A DNA stretch of 64,000 nt from Candidatus Saccharimonadales bacterium (GTDB taxonomy: Bacteria; Patescibacteriota; Saccharimonadia; Saccharimonadales; UBA10212): positions 104,435 through 168,434 of the forward strand of contig JBBDZU010000007.1 of the NCBI GenBank assembly GCA_040900055.1, given 5' to 3'. The stretch's first letter is position 1, and every line of letters starts with the position of its first letter. The notes beneath the pieces were generated by a model that saw only the letters and a list, made by a program, of their open reading frames with translations, had not been told where the DNA came from and searched no databases. Position numbers and translations under genes: made by a program. Positions 47,537 through 57,165 of this stretch are shown in pieces.

Positions 47537-48637
47537 GTGTCTAAGAGACAAACATCTAAGCAAATCAGTGATCGGTTGAGCTACTGGCTATGGGGCAGCC
47601 TCTGGCGTCGGGCAGGGTTGATTCTTGTAATGATAGTTTTGGTGTGGTTTGCCATGATGTGGCTGGTGGCACAGTGGTATATTGCCAAACACAACGATGA
47701 GCCGCTGGTTCTTGGGACAACTTATATATCAGATTACGCCGAAAGCTTAGGCTTAGAGCCCAAGGAAACGCTAGAAGCCATTCTGGACGATTTAAATATG
47801 AAACACATTCGGCTGGTAAGTTATTGGAAAGAAATAGAGTCTACTCCTGGGATTTATGATTTTTCTAACCTAGATTGGCAGTTTGATATGGCCGAAGATT
47901 ACGGTGCCGAGGTTTCGCTAGCCATAGGCCTTCGCCAACCGCGCTGGCCTGAATGCCACGAACCTCGCTGGGTGAGGCAACTTTCTAAACAGCAGTGGCA
48001 GCCCCAGCTTTATAAATTTATTGGCGCCACCATTGACCGCTATAAAAATCACCCCTCACTGGTAAGCTACCAACTGGAAAACGAATTTTTTATGAAGGTT
48101 TTTGGCGAATGTACCGACTTTGATCGCCAGCGCTTAACTTCCGAGTTGGAGCTTGTAAAGACTCATGACCCTGACCATCGGGTAATTATTAGCCGTTCTA
48201 ATAATTGGATTGGCTTGCCGATAGGCCAACCGCGGCCAGACCAATTTGGCATATCGGTTTATAAACGGGTGTGGGACAAAACTGTAACCAAACGCTACTT
48301 TGAATATCCGCTCCCCAGTTGGTTTTATGGCTTCTTGGCCGGCGCCGGAGAGCTTTTGACTGGCAAAGACATGATGATACATGAACTGCAAGCCGAACCG
48401 TGGCCTCCGCAAGATATTCGTAAAGCTCCCTTACAGGAACTTTATAAGTCCATGGACGCAAAGCGACTTAAAGACAGGATTGATTACGGCAAAGCTACTG
48501 GCATGCGGACCATCGAGCTTTGGGGTGCCGAGTGGTGGTATTGGCTGAAAGAGAAAGCCGGTGACGACAGCGTTTGGGATGTAGTCATGCAAGAAGTAGC
48601 CGAGTCAGCCAGCCGCGTGGCGCGCCCATCAGAGTAA
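47537..48637 (+). CDS. Membrane-anchored clan GH-A glycoside hydrolase (GH42/GH5-like)
   Basis: TM anchor; W..IE...G.YDF..LDW, QLENE (candidate acid/base), HELQAEPW (candidate nucleophile). Confidence 0.75.
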   Translation: MSKRQTSKQISDRLSYWLWGSLWRRAGLILVMIVLVWFAMMWLVAQWYIAKHNDEPLVLGTTYISDYAESLGLEPKETLEAILDDLNMKHIRLVSYWKEIESTPGIYDFSNLDWQFDMAEDYGAEVSLAIGLRQPRWPECHEPRWVRQLSKQQWQPQLYKFIGATIDRYKNHPSLVSYQLENEFFMKVFGECTDFDRQRLTSELELVKTHDPDHRVIISRSNNWIGLPIGQPRPDQFGISVYKRVWDKTVTKRYFEYPLPSWFYGFLAGAGELLTGKDMMIHELQAEPWPPQDIRKAPLQELYKSMDAKRLKDRIDYGKATGMRTIELWGAEWWYWLKEKAGDDSVWDVVMQEVAESASRVARPSE

Positions 48638-48666
48638 AAGCCCGACTTTTAGCGTAAAATTATGGT

Positions 48667-49116
48667 ATGACAAAAAAGGCTCCAGCGGCAAAGAAAATAG
48701 TTAACCGGCGGGCGCGTTTCGACTATGAGCTTGGCGATAGCTTGCTGGTTGGTCTAGCACTCACCGGCGCAGAAACTAAGGCATTAAGAATGGGCCACGG
48801 GCAGTTGACAGGCGCCTATGTGACCGTAAAAGACGAGGAGCTTTGGCTGGTGAATGCGGCCATCAACAGTAGCGCTGGCGTAATAATCCCCGAAGATGAG
48901 CAGACCCGCAGCCGTAAACTGCTAGCTAAACGCCGCGAGATTAACCAGCTCATTGCCGCCAGGCAGCAGGGCAAAACAATTGTGCCGCTAGAAATTGCAA
49001 CTTCGGGACGATATATAAAGCTTAGGCTTGCGCCAGGTAAAGGCAAGAGACTCTATGACAAACGTGAAACCCTTAAACGTCGCCAGCAGGAACGCGAGGC
49101 CAAGAGCTTAAAATGA
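48667..49116 (+). CDS. smpB: SsrA-binding protein
   Basis: NRRARFDY, GLALTGAETK, RSRKLL, GKGKRLYDKR. Confidence 0.95.
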   Translation: MTKKAPAAKKIVNRRARFDYELGDSLLVGLALTGAETKALRMGHGQLTGAYVTVKDEELWLVNAAINSSAGVIIPEDEQTRSRKLLAKRREINQLIAARQQGKTIVPLEIATSGRYIKLRLAPGKGKRLYDKRETLKRRQQEREAKSLK

Positions 49117-49910
49117 CGCTTTATTCTTGGAATGTAAATGGCATACGGGCTGTAGTGCGCAAAGGCGCCCTGCAGGAATTTATGGCTAAACATCAGCCGG
49201 ACGTGCTTTGTCTTCAAGAAACTAAAGCCCAAAAAGGCCAGGTAGAGATTGATTTTGAAGGTTATGAGGAATACTGGAACTCAGCCGAGAAGCTTGGTTA
49301 TTCGGGCACGGCTATTTTTACCAAAATCAAACCTCTAAATGTCATTAACGGCTTTCCGGAAACATTTGCTAAAAAATATAACTTAATAGATCACAAAACA
49401 CGCGATGCCGCTAAGGAAGGAAGGGTCTTGACCGCTGAGTTTGAAAAATTCTGGCTGGTAACGGTTTATACAATCAACGCTAAAGACGATTTGAGCCGTT
49501 TGCCCTTGAAGCATAAATACTGGGACCCCGCTTTTTTGGCTTATGTAAAAGAACTTCAAAAAAGCAAACCTGTAGTCTTTTGCGGCGATTTAAATGTAGC
49601 CCCTACAGAAGATGACCTTGCTAGGCCTAAGGAAAATAAGGGTAAGAAAGGTTTCACGGACGAAGAGCGCCAAGGCTTCGAAAATTACTTGGGGGCTGGT
49701 TTCGTAGACACTTTTCGCCTTTTCCATAAAGGCAACGGCCACTACACCTGGTGGACACATTGGGCCAACGCTAGGGCTCGTAATATAGGTTGGCGGATTG
49801 ATTATTTCTTGGCCTCTCAAAGCCTGGTCCCCAAAATTAAGAATGCTCAGATCCATGCTAAAGTCATGGGTTCCGATCACTGCCCCATAAGCATAACTTT
49901 AGATAACTAA
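49113..49910 (+). CDS. xth: Exodeoxyribonuclease III
   Basis: SWNVNGIRA, LQETK, GYSGTA, CGDLNVA, GWRIDY, GSDHCP. Confidence 0.96.
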   Translation: MTLYSWNVNGIRAVVRKGALQEFMAKHQPDVLCLQETKAQKGQVEIDFEGYEEYWNSAEKLGYSGTAIFTKIKPLNVINGFPETFAKKYNLIDHKTRDAAKEGRVLTAEFEKFWLVTVYTINAKDDLSRLPLKHKYWDPAFLAYVKELQKSKPVVFCGDLNVAPTEDDLARPKENKGKKGFTDEERQGFENYLGAGFVDTFRLFHKGNGHYTWWTHWANARARNIGWRIDYFLASQSLVPKIKNAQIHAKVMGSDHCPISITLDN

Positions 49911-49914
49911 CGCA

Positions 49915-50652
49915 ATGACTAAAGCCCCAAGCATCAAGACACATAGGCCGTTTGCGGTCTTTGATATAGACGGAACCATTATTCGCTGGCAGCTTTACCA
50001 CGCCATCGCCGATGCCTTGGCTAAAAAAGGGCTGGTTGATACCATAGCCTATCAAGCAGTCCGCGACGCTCGCATGTCATGGAAGAGGCGGACAGACACA
50101 GATTCGTTTAAAACATATGAGCAGCACCTTGTGGGATTTTACAATCAGCTGCTGGAAAACTTGAGTGTCAGTCATTTTACAGAGGCAGCAGATGCCGTGT
50201 TTGACGAATATAAAGACCAGGTTTATGTTTACAGCCGGGATTTAATCAGGCAATTAAAAAAGAAAAATTACCTGCTAATTGCCTTAAGTGGGTCACAGTC
50301 CGAAATAGTTGAAAAAATAGCCAATTACTACGGGTTTGATGATTATATCGGCACAACTTATGAACGAAGCGGTAAATATTTTACAGGTACGATGATTTTG
50401 CACTTGGGCAAGAAAGACGAAGTGCTAAAAAAACTAATCAAGCGTCATCAGGCTACGAGTAGCAAAAGCATAGGGATAGGTGATAGCGCCAGCGACATAT
50501 CCATGTTGGAAGCAGTTGAGCAACCGATTGCCTTCAACCCAGAGATGAAGCTCTTTGAACACGCTAAAAGGAGGGGCTGGAAGATAGTTATCGAACGCAA
50601 AAATGTGATTTACGAGCTAGAACCAAGAAATGGCAGATACCAGCTGGCTTAG
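49915..50652 (+). CDS. HAD-IB family phosphatase (SerB-like)
   Basis: FDIDGT, LSGS, IGDSASD, FNP. Confidence 0.88.
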   Translation: MTKAPSIKTHRPFAVFDIDGTIIRWQLYHAIADALAKKGLVDTIAYQAVRDARMSWKRRTDTDSFKTYEQHLVGFYNQLLENLSVSHFTEAADAVFDEYKDQVYVYSRDLIRQLKKKNYLLIALSGSQSEIVEKIANYYGFDDYIGTTYERSGKYFTGTMILHLGKKDEVLKKLIKRHQATSSKSIGIGDSASDISMLEAVEQPIAFNPEMKLFEHAKRRGWKIVIERKNVIYELEPRNGRYQLA

Positions 50653-51412
50653 ACAAACCGGTAATGAGCCGTTATTTGCTGACTTACTGTGGAGCCAGCC
50701 GGAAAATAAGAATCAGGCAGGAAAATTGTTGATACTTGGCGGCAATCTTCATGGCTTTAAAGCTGTGGCCGCAGCTCACCAGGCTGCGACAAAAGCCGGC
50801 GCTGGCGTGGTTAAGATACTATTGCCTGACGCTTTAAAGAAGCTTTTGGGTAAGAGCTTTGGAGAAGCCGAGTTTACCTCTAGCACAAGTGCTGGCAGCT
50901 TTAGCCGCGAAGCCTTGGCTTTATTTTTAGATGAGGCAGAATGGGCCGATGGAGTGCTCTTGGCAGGCGATTTCGGTAAAAACAGCGAGACTGCCATTTT
51001 GCTGGAATCATTCATTAACAAGCAATCGAGCCTGGTGGTGATGGTTGGAGATTCTTTGGACTATTTTGCAAACAGCCCAAAGCCGGCCCAAAACAATAAC
51101 ATTGTAGTAGTGGGCGACATTGCCAGACTTCAAAAAATAGCCAAACCAACCCTTATAAAACATAGCTTTGATTTACTGCAAATGGTTAACGCGTTAAGTA
51201 AATGGACTATGCAAGCCAATTTAAATATTTTGACCAGACATGCTGGCCAGATAATTACAGCCAGCCATGGGCGAATCAGCACCACACCAGCAAAAGAAGT
51301 ATCAGACTGGGAAGTTCAGTTAGCCGCTTACGCTAGCGTTTGGTGTATCCAGCATCCTCAAAAACCTTTCGAAGCCCTAACAACCGCCGCCTTCGGCTAC
51401 ACGAAGGAGTAG
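50630..51412 (+). CDS. NnrD/YjeF C-terminal-like (ribokinase fold) protein, degenerate
   Basis: KNQAGKLLILGG, A..AGAG.V; C-terminal GxGD motif absent. Confidence 0.65.
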   Translation: MADTSWLRQTGNEPLFADLLWSQPENKNQAGKLLILGGNLHGFKAVAAAHQAATKAGAGVVKILLPDALKKLLGKSFGEAEFTSSTSAGSFSREALALFLDEAEWADGVLLAGDFGKNSETAILLESFINKQSSLVVMVGDSLDYFANSPKPAQNNNIVVVGDIARLQKIAKPTLIKHSFDLLQMVNALSKWTMQANLNILTRHAGQIITASHGRISTTPAKEVSDWEVQLAAYASVWCIQHPQKPFEALTTAAFGYTKE

Positions 51413-51421
51413 GAACAATTG

Positions 51422-51508
51422 TGGTGGCGCCCGTCGGACTCGAACCGACATGAGGTTGCCCTCACGGGATTTTGAGTCCCGCGTGTCTACCAATTCCACC
51501 AGGGCGCC
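51422..51508 (-). tRNA. tRNA-Leu(CAA)
   Basis: Reverse complement GGCGCCCTGGTGGAATTGGTAGACAC...CTCAAAA...long variable arm...TTCGAGTCC...GGGCGCCACCA. Confidence 0.96.
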
Positions 51509-51611
51509 GCACCATAGGTGTATCCAACTTCGCTGAAGCCACATTGGATTTCGCCTATATTTTATCAGAGTTTAAGGTGTTCATTGTACAATAAACAGGG
51601 ATAATTACGAT

Positions 51612-52850
51612 ATGGACCTAAAGTTAGACGACCACCCTGACCAATTTAGCGAATCCTTGCCGCTACCGCCTGAGCCTGGCCAACCAAAAGCGGTAGAGCC
51701 TCCTAGTGCAGCTAATCCCGCAGCCGACCTAATTAGAAAAAGGGTAGAGGATGCCTACCTGCAGGAGCCAGATGTCGCTGCAGAGGTTGCCGAAGTGACC
51801 TCCTTAAGCAAGAAATCTACCAAGTCCAAACACCAGCAGTTTATTTTAGAACTTACTGGCTCTGGTAAATCGCTTCCGGAAATTCAAGTAGCTTGGCACG
51901 AATATTATGCATCTTTGAGCGACTCTGAAAAACACCAAGTCTGGCAGGAGTTTTATGAAAGCCATTCAGAAAGTGCGAAGTTCCCTAAAGCAGAAAGGGC
52001 AAAGCCCGATAAATCGGCTCGCAAGCCAAAGCCAGCCGCCCACCGTCAGCCCACCGCAAGAGCTAGGCTTATGGGTTGGGGGCTTGGAGATTTGCGCGAT
52101 TCGGTCTTGGGCGATTTGCCATCAAGACCGGCTGTAAAAATTGCCCCTCATTGGCGATCGGCTGGCTTTGGGCTAGCCGTAGGCTTAATTGCTGTATTTA
52201 TTTTCTTGTTTAGTTTCTTTAATGAGCGCATCATTGCTCCCTTGATCCAGCCTAGTCGAACCGTTTCTAGTACACCCATTATCAATGCTGCAGTAGCCGG
52301 AAGCTTAGATCCTAAAATTATAATCCCTAAGATTAACGTAGAAATACCGGTAGTTTATGACGTTGGGACGATAGAAGAATCGGCGGTGTTAAAAGCTCTG
52401 GAAGGTGGAGTGGTCCACTACGCCGACACCGCTCAGCCTGGCCAAAACGGCAATACCGTAATTGTTGGCCACTCGTCTAATAACATTTTTAACAGTGGTA
52501 GGTATAAGTTTGCTTTTGTGCTACTGTCACGACTAGAGAAGGGCGATACTTTTTATCTACAAAAGGACGGCAAGCGCTTTACCTATCAAATCTATGATAA
52601 GAAAGTCATTAAGCCAACTGATGTCTCGGTGCTTGGGCAAACAGACAAGCCGGCTACAGCCAGCTTAATAACTTGCGATCCACCTGGCACTAGCACTAAC
52701 CGCTTAGTAGTAGTAGGCGAACAAATAAATCCTGACACAAAGGCTAACGCGCCTGCTGCTGGACAGGGAAGTTTAGCGTCGTCAACAAAAATCGTGCCGG
52801 GCAATGCTCCCACGCTATGGTCAAAAATTGCCTACTGGCTAAGCCGGTAA
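51612..52850 (+). CDS. Sortase with long N-terminal cytoplasmic region
   Basis: TM at about aa 185-203; IPKIN, PGQNGN.VIVGHS, LITC..PG...RL (His/Cys/Arg triad). Confidence 0.9.
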   Translation: MDLKLDDHPDQFSESLPLPPEPGQPKAVEPPSAANPAADLIRKRVEDAYLQEPDVAAEVAEVTSLSKKSTKSKHQQFILELTGSGKSLPEIQVAWHEYYASLSDSEKHQVWQEFYESHSESAKFPKAERAKPDKSARKPKPAAHRQPTARARLMGWGLGDLRDSVLGDLPSRPAVKIAPHWRSAGFGLAVGLIAVFIFLFSFFNERIIAPLIQPSRTVSSTPIINAAVAGSLDPKIIIPKINVEIPVVYDVGTIEESAVLKALEGGVVHYADTAQPGQNGNTVIVGHSSNNIFNSGRYKFAFVLLSRLEKGDTFYLQKDGKRFTYQIYDKKVIKPTDVSVLGQTDKPATASLITCDPPGTSTNRLVVVGEQINPDTKANAPAAGQGSLASSTKIVPGNAPTLWSKIAYWLSR

Positions 52851-54350
52851 CTAACGGCTACGCAGGGCTTCGGGCAGGTCGTTGCCGGCCCGCATATCGA
52901 TATCAATAAGTGTCTGAGTGTTGGCCGAACCTGTTTGCCTAATTACTAATAAATGGCGAACATCCCGGCTAAAATAGCCAAGGGGCGAAGCGGTCGCGCC
53001 AAGTAAATGGCTGTTGCTGCCGTCATAGTCGGAAATTAGCAAATTGCCGCCGGCTTGGCCTGCCCATCTAAACCCATCTAGCCAGCTCATGGGGCTGTTG
53101 AGCTTGGCCTCTAGCTGGTAGCGATAACTTTCTTCTAGCTCAACATCAAACACCAAAAACATTTGGCCAGACTGGGCACCAAAAAAACGGCCATTGTCAG
53201 AAACTGCCAAGCTGTTAGCCTCAATGTTTTGCAAAGCTAACATCGGTTGGGCCTTGGCCACCTTAGAGTCTTTTAAGGAGCTTAACGGGTCTTTATAAAT
53301 ACTTAGGCGCTCAGAGCCCTTTGCGCCAACCATGTAGTACCAATGGCTCTGATAGGTAGTTGCGGCCAGCAGCCAGTCGCTGTTAGCCTCCAAGGACGTT
53401 AGGCTGTAGGTTTGGCCATTATCCCAAATCCTGACGCTAAAGTTGCCCCCAATTGCTGGCGAGACATAAGTTAAAAGATTATTAGAAATCGCCTTAAAAG
53501 CTAAAACTTCTCTAATTACCGTGCCGGTAAGATTAGCGCTTTGGCGGTCGGCTAGGGCCAAGGTGGCGGCAGCTTTATCAAATATATAAAACTGGCCAAT
53601 TTTTTTATCGGCTAAAGCCACATCGTCAGCAGGCACCTTAAAAAGTTTATTGACGTTAAAGGACTGCGCTGGATCTGCCCTGTCAATAACAATAAACTCA
53701 TGGCCGGATCTGCCAGTATGTTTGACCAATAGGTGGCGGTTATCGGCGGCCCATTCGACTTCGGTAAATTTCGAACTTGAGCTGGCGTAGCCGGTCAAAA
53801 GTCCAACCGGTAGCGTTAGGCTTTGGGGCGGGTCACTTAAGTTATCGGTGTCGTAAAGATCAAAGCTGGGACGAGCTGGCACGCCTGCCGTACTCTCGAT
53901 TAGAAGCCATTTTAGGTTGGGGCTTTGGCTAAAGAGCTCAGGCATATCTTCGTAGCTTTTAATAGCTGTTTCAATTGGTGCGACAGGGAATAAAAACGGG
54001 TAAGCAAACCGGGCAACGCTATGTTCGTTCAATAGGAAGTTTCTTTGCCAATTTCGATAGCCTTCCTTGCTTAAAGTCAGGTAATAGCTGCCGGCTGGCA
54101 GGACTAGACGGGCGGCCGTATCGGCGTCTTTGTCTTGGCCGTTTAGGCTTATCTTAGCACCCGATGGCCTGGAATCGGCAAACAGCAAACCATTTTGAAC
54201 GACCTCGCCGGTTTTAGTGTTAATGCCGTATCCGTAGGCAGCATAAACTAAAATTATGGTAGCTAGTCCAATAGCGACACTCATTAAACCATAGCCAATC
54301 ATGAGCCGTATTTTGTGGGCACGCCTTTTTTGAGAGTCTAAATAATCCAT
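52851..54350 (-). CDS. PEGA-domain beta-propeller surface protein
   Basis: TM anchor, SRPSGAKISLNG...LPAGSY.LTLSKEGY..W, then propeller-like repeats. Confidence 0.8.
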   Translation of the reverse strand: MDYLDSQKRRAHKIRLMIGYGLMSVAIGLATIILVYAAYGYGINTKTGEVVQNGLLFADSRPSGAKISLNGQDKDADTAARLVLPAGSYYLTLSKEGYRNWQRNFLLNEHSVARFAYPFLFPVAPIETAIKSYEDMPELFSQSPNLKWLLIESTAGVPARPSFDLYDTDNLSDPPQSLTLPVGLLTGYASSSSKFTEVEWAADNRHLLVKHTGRSGHEFIVIDRADPAQSFNVNKLFKVPADDVALADKKIGQFYIFDKAAATLALADRQSANLTGTVIREVLAFKAISNNLLTYVSPAIGGNFSVRIWDNGQTYSLTSLEANSDWLLAATTYQSHWYYMVGAKGSERLSIYKDPLSSLKDSKVAKAQPMLALQNIEANSLAVSDNGRFFGAQSGQMFLVFDVELEESYRYQLEAKLNSPMSWLDGFRWAGQAGGNLLISDYDGSNSHLLGATASPLGYFSRDVRHLLVIRQTGSANTQTLIDIDMRAGNDLPEALRSR

Positions 54351-54502
54351 TCTTGTTAATTTAAGCTAACGGGCAGCGTTGGCATTGTCCCATATAATCA
54401 GCAAGCACTACAAGCCAAGTAAATCCCCTGAAATTTGCCAGGAAAACTCTGCGGGTGTAATATGGTTTTTATACTAAAAAGCTTGGGGCTGATAGCCGGT
54501 AA

Positions 54503-55672
54503 ATGAGAACAACTAGCGTCATAGAGATTAACGGCTATCGATACGACGCAGCTACCGGCAAGATAATTGGCGCTGTAAAAGATATAGCTGCTCACGTAAA
54601 AAATAGTTCCCCAGCTGGGATTATCGACGGCATAATTTATAACCCGGCAGTTGACCATAAACCAACTGCTAAGATTTCAAAGCCGGCAAAAGCTGAAGCT
54701 CCCAAGGCCGCTATTACTAGAAACCACCGAAAAAGACATATCTTCAAAAATAGCGCCTTAACGCTACATACTCGCGCCCAGCGTTCCAAAACATTGATGC
54801 GATCGACTATCGCTAAGCCCAAGGAGCGATTAAAAGATCTTACAGATGCGCCGGCGCAATCAGCTAAAACAAAATCCGTTGCTGTTAACCTGATACGTGA
54901 AAAAAGAGCCAAAGTGTTTAGAAAACATCCTAAGGTAGCGCGTTTTGGCGATTTCATAAATCGCACAGACCTCTCCGTAGACCAACCGGCCAAACAAGGC
55001 AAAGTCATATCTGCTGCCAGCCCAAAAATCGTGGCAAATCAAACAGCTAAGGCCGCAAGTAGTAACGTCCGGCCAATGCCGAGTATGGTGACTAGCGTCT
55101 CTCACCAGCATTTGGAGCGCTTATTAGATCGTGCTTTAGCATTAGCCGATTCCCACAAAAAAACCTTAAAAGAGGGGCTACCACGACGAAAAACCTTTAA
55201 ACGTTTTAAACTACTGCCGCGCTGGCTAACTTTGGGCTTAGTAGTTTTGGTTTTAGTAGCCGGCGCAATTTATTTTGCCTGGCAGAATGTTCCTGAAGCT
55301 GCCATGAAGATAGCTGCCGCCAGAGCCCAGGTTAACGCTAAAGTACCGGCCTATGAGCCCTCCGATTTCAAATTCGTAGGCCCCATTAGCTACGCTAACC
55401 ATTCGACCACAATTCGCTACCAAGCCCAAGGACAGCCGGCTAAAGCTTACGCCATCACTCAACAAGCCTCGAACCTAGACAGCGATTCTTTAGTATCAAA
55501 TGTAATAGGCCTAAATGCCCAAGTTCAAACTTCTCAAATTAACGGTATTAAAGTTTTTATCTACGGTCCATCAAATGACGCGACCTGGGTCAATAACGGT
55601 ATTTGGTATTCCATCAAAAACAATGCCGGCCTAACATCTGTCCAGCTACTAAAAATAGCCCAGAGTTTTTAG
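54503..55672 (+). CDS. Hypothetical membrane protein (basic N-terminus, TM, DUF4367-like C-domain)
   Basis: P.Y.P..F motif, ATWVNNG.WY.I, LLKIAQS. Confidence 0.7.
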   Translation: MRTTSVIEINGYRYDAATGKIIGAVKDIAAHVKNSSPAGIIDGIIYNPAVDHKPTAKISKPAKAEAPKAAITRNHRKRHIFKNSALTLHTRAQRSKTLMRSTIAKPKERLKDLTDAPAQSAKTKSVAVNLIREKRAKVFRKHPKVARFGDFINRTDLSVDQPAKQGKVISAASPKIVANQTAKAASSNVRPMPSMVTSVSHQHLERLLDRALALADSHKKTLKEGLPRRKTFKRFKLLPRWLTLGLVVLVLVAGAIYFAWQNVPEAAMKIAAARAQVNAKVPAYEPSDFKFVGPISYANHSTTIRYQAQGQPAKAYAITQQASNLDSDSLVSNVIGLNAQVQTSQINGIKVFIYGPSNDATWVNNGIWYSIKNNAGLTSVQLLKIAQSF

Positions 55673-55721
55673 CCCTAACGAGGCTAGCAGCTAGCGCTGG
55701 TTGGCTAGTATACTAATAACG

Positions 55722-57155
55722 ATGGTCAGAACGCGCTTCGCACCCAGCCCCACTGGTTTTTTACACGTTGGTGGTGTTAGAACAGCGCTATTTGCTTGGC
55801 TAGTCGCCAAACAGGCCAAAGGCCAGTTTATTTTACGCATAGAGGACACTGATAAAACTAGAGAGGTTGCCGGCTCCGAAAAACATATTATGGAGTGCTT
55901 GACTTGGCTGGGCTTAAGTATAGATGAGGGCCCGGACAACTCTTTAGAATTCGGCCCGTACCGCCAAAGTCAACGGCTAGATATCTATAAAAAATGGGCG
56001 AAACAGCTGATAGATATGGGCCGGGCATACGTAGATACAACTACCCCGGAGGATCTGGACAAGCTCCGCGAGTTAGCTAAGGCTAAAAAACAACCCTTCT
56101 TATACCGCAACCTTCGACCGGATTCTCCTATAAGCCAACCGTACCTCGAGGGCACGCCCATACGTTTCAAATCCGAGCCAAAGCCTTACAGCTGGCACGA
56201 TGAAGTAATGGGTGACTTAAGCACCGGCCCGGAGGTAATTGATGATTTTATAATTTTAAAGTCCGATGGCTTTCCCACCTACAACTTTGCACATGTGATT
56301 GATGATCATTTAATGAAGATTAGCCACGTAATTCGATCTCAAGAATTTTTACCTTCTGTCCCGAAATTTTTAAACCTATATGAGGCCTTGGAAATTAAAA
56401 GGCCAAAGCTTGCCACTTTGCCATATGTAATGGGGCCAGATGGTAAGAAAAAACTCTCTAAGCGTGATGGCGCCAAAGACCTGCTCGATTACCAGCGCCA
56501 AGGTTTTTTGCCCGAAGCCTTGGTTAATTTTTTAGCCACTTTAGGTTGGAACGATGGCACGGAGCAGGAAATCTTTTCATTGCCCGAACTTATAGCCAAA
56601 TTCCAGCTCAATAAGGTTCAAAGAAGCGGCGCCCGTTTTGACGAACAAAGACTTCTTTGGATGAACGGCCATTATATTCGTGGCCTGTCTAAAAAACAGC
56701 TCTCGGCTAAGGCTGCAGATTTTTGGCCAGCGACCGCCAAGGCCGACCAAGCCTACAAAGACGATGTTTTAGGCTTAGTCCAAGATAGGTTAAAATTTTT
56801 GGCCGAGCTACCCGAACTCACCAACTTCTTTTTTGAAGAGCCAAAAACGTCTGCCGTTAAAAGCCTCCTAAACGAGGACCAGCAGCTTAAAAATATTAGC
56901 CAAGAAACTAAGCAACAAATGCTTAAAGAGACTGTAAAAGAATTATCGATGAGCAGCTTTAGCCTGGCTGATATCAAAGAACGATTAAATAAACTCCTGT
57001 CACAACTCGAGACAAAACCGGCGATTTTATTTTCGCTTGTTCGCATCGCCATATCGGGCGCACCGTCCTCGCCAGAACTTTTTGGTACCTTAAAAGTATT
57101 AGGCAAACAAAAAAGTTTGGAGCGCTTGAACCAGGCTATTTTGGGTTTGGTATAA
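55722..57155 (+). CDS. gltX: Glutamate--tRNA ligase
   Basis: RTRFAPSPTG, HVGG, LRIEDTD, KLSKR; ATG at 55722. Confidence 0.97.
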   Translation: MVRTRFAPSPTGFLHVGGVRTALFAWLVAKQAKGQFILRIEDTDKTREVAGSEKHIMECLTWLGLSIDEGPDNSLEFGPYRQSQRLDIYKKWAKQLIDMGRAYVDTTTPEDLDKLRELAKAKKQPFLYRNLRPDSPISQPYLEGTPIRFKSEPKPYSWHDEVMGDLSTGPEVIDDFIILKSDGFPTYNFAHVIDDHLMKISHVIRSQEFLPSVPKFLNLYEALEIKRPKLATLPYVMGPDGKKKLSKRDGAKDLLDYQRQGFLPEALVNFLATLGWNDGTEQEIFSLPELIAKFQLNKVQRSGARFDEQRLLWMNGHYIRGLSKKQLSAKAADFWPATAKADQAYKDDVLGLVQDRLKFLAELPELTNFFFEEPKTSAVKSLLNEDQQLKNISQETKQQMLKETVKELSMSSFSLADIKERLNKLLSQLETKPAILFSLVRIAISGAPSSPELFGTLKVLGKQKSLERLNQAILGLV

Positions 57156-57165
57156 TAGAATCTAC

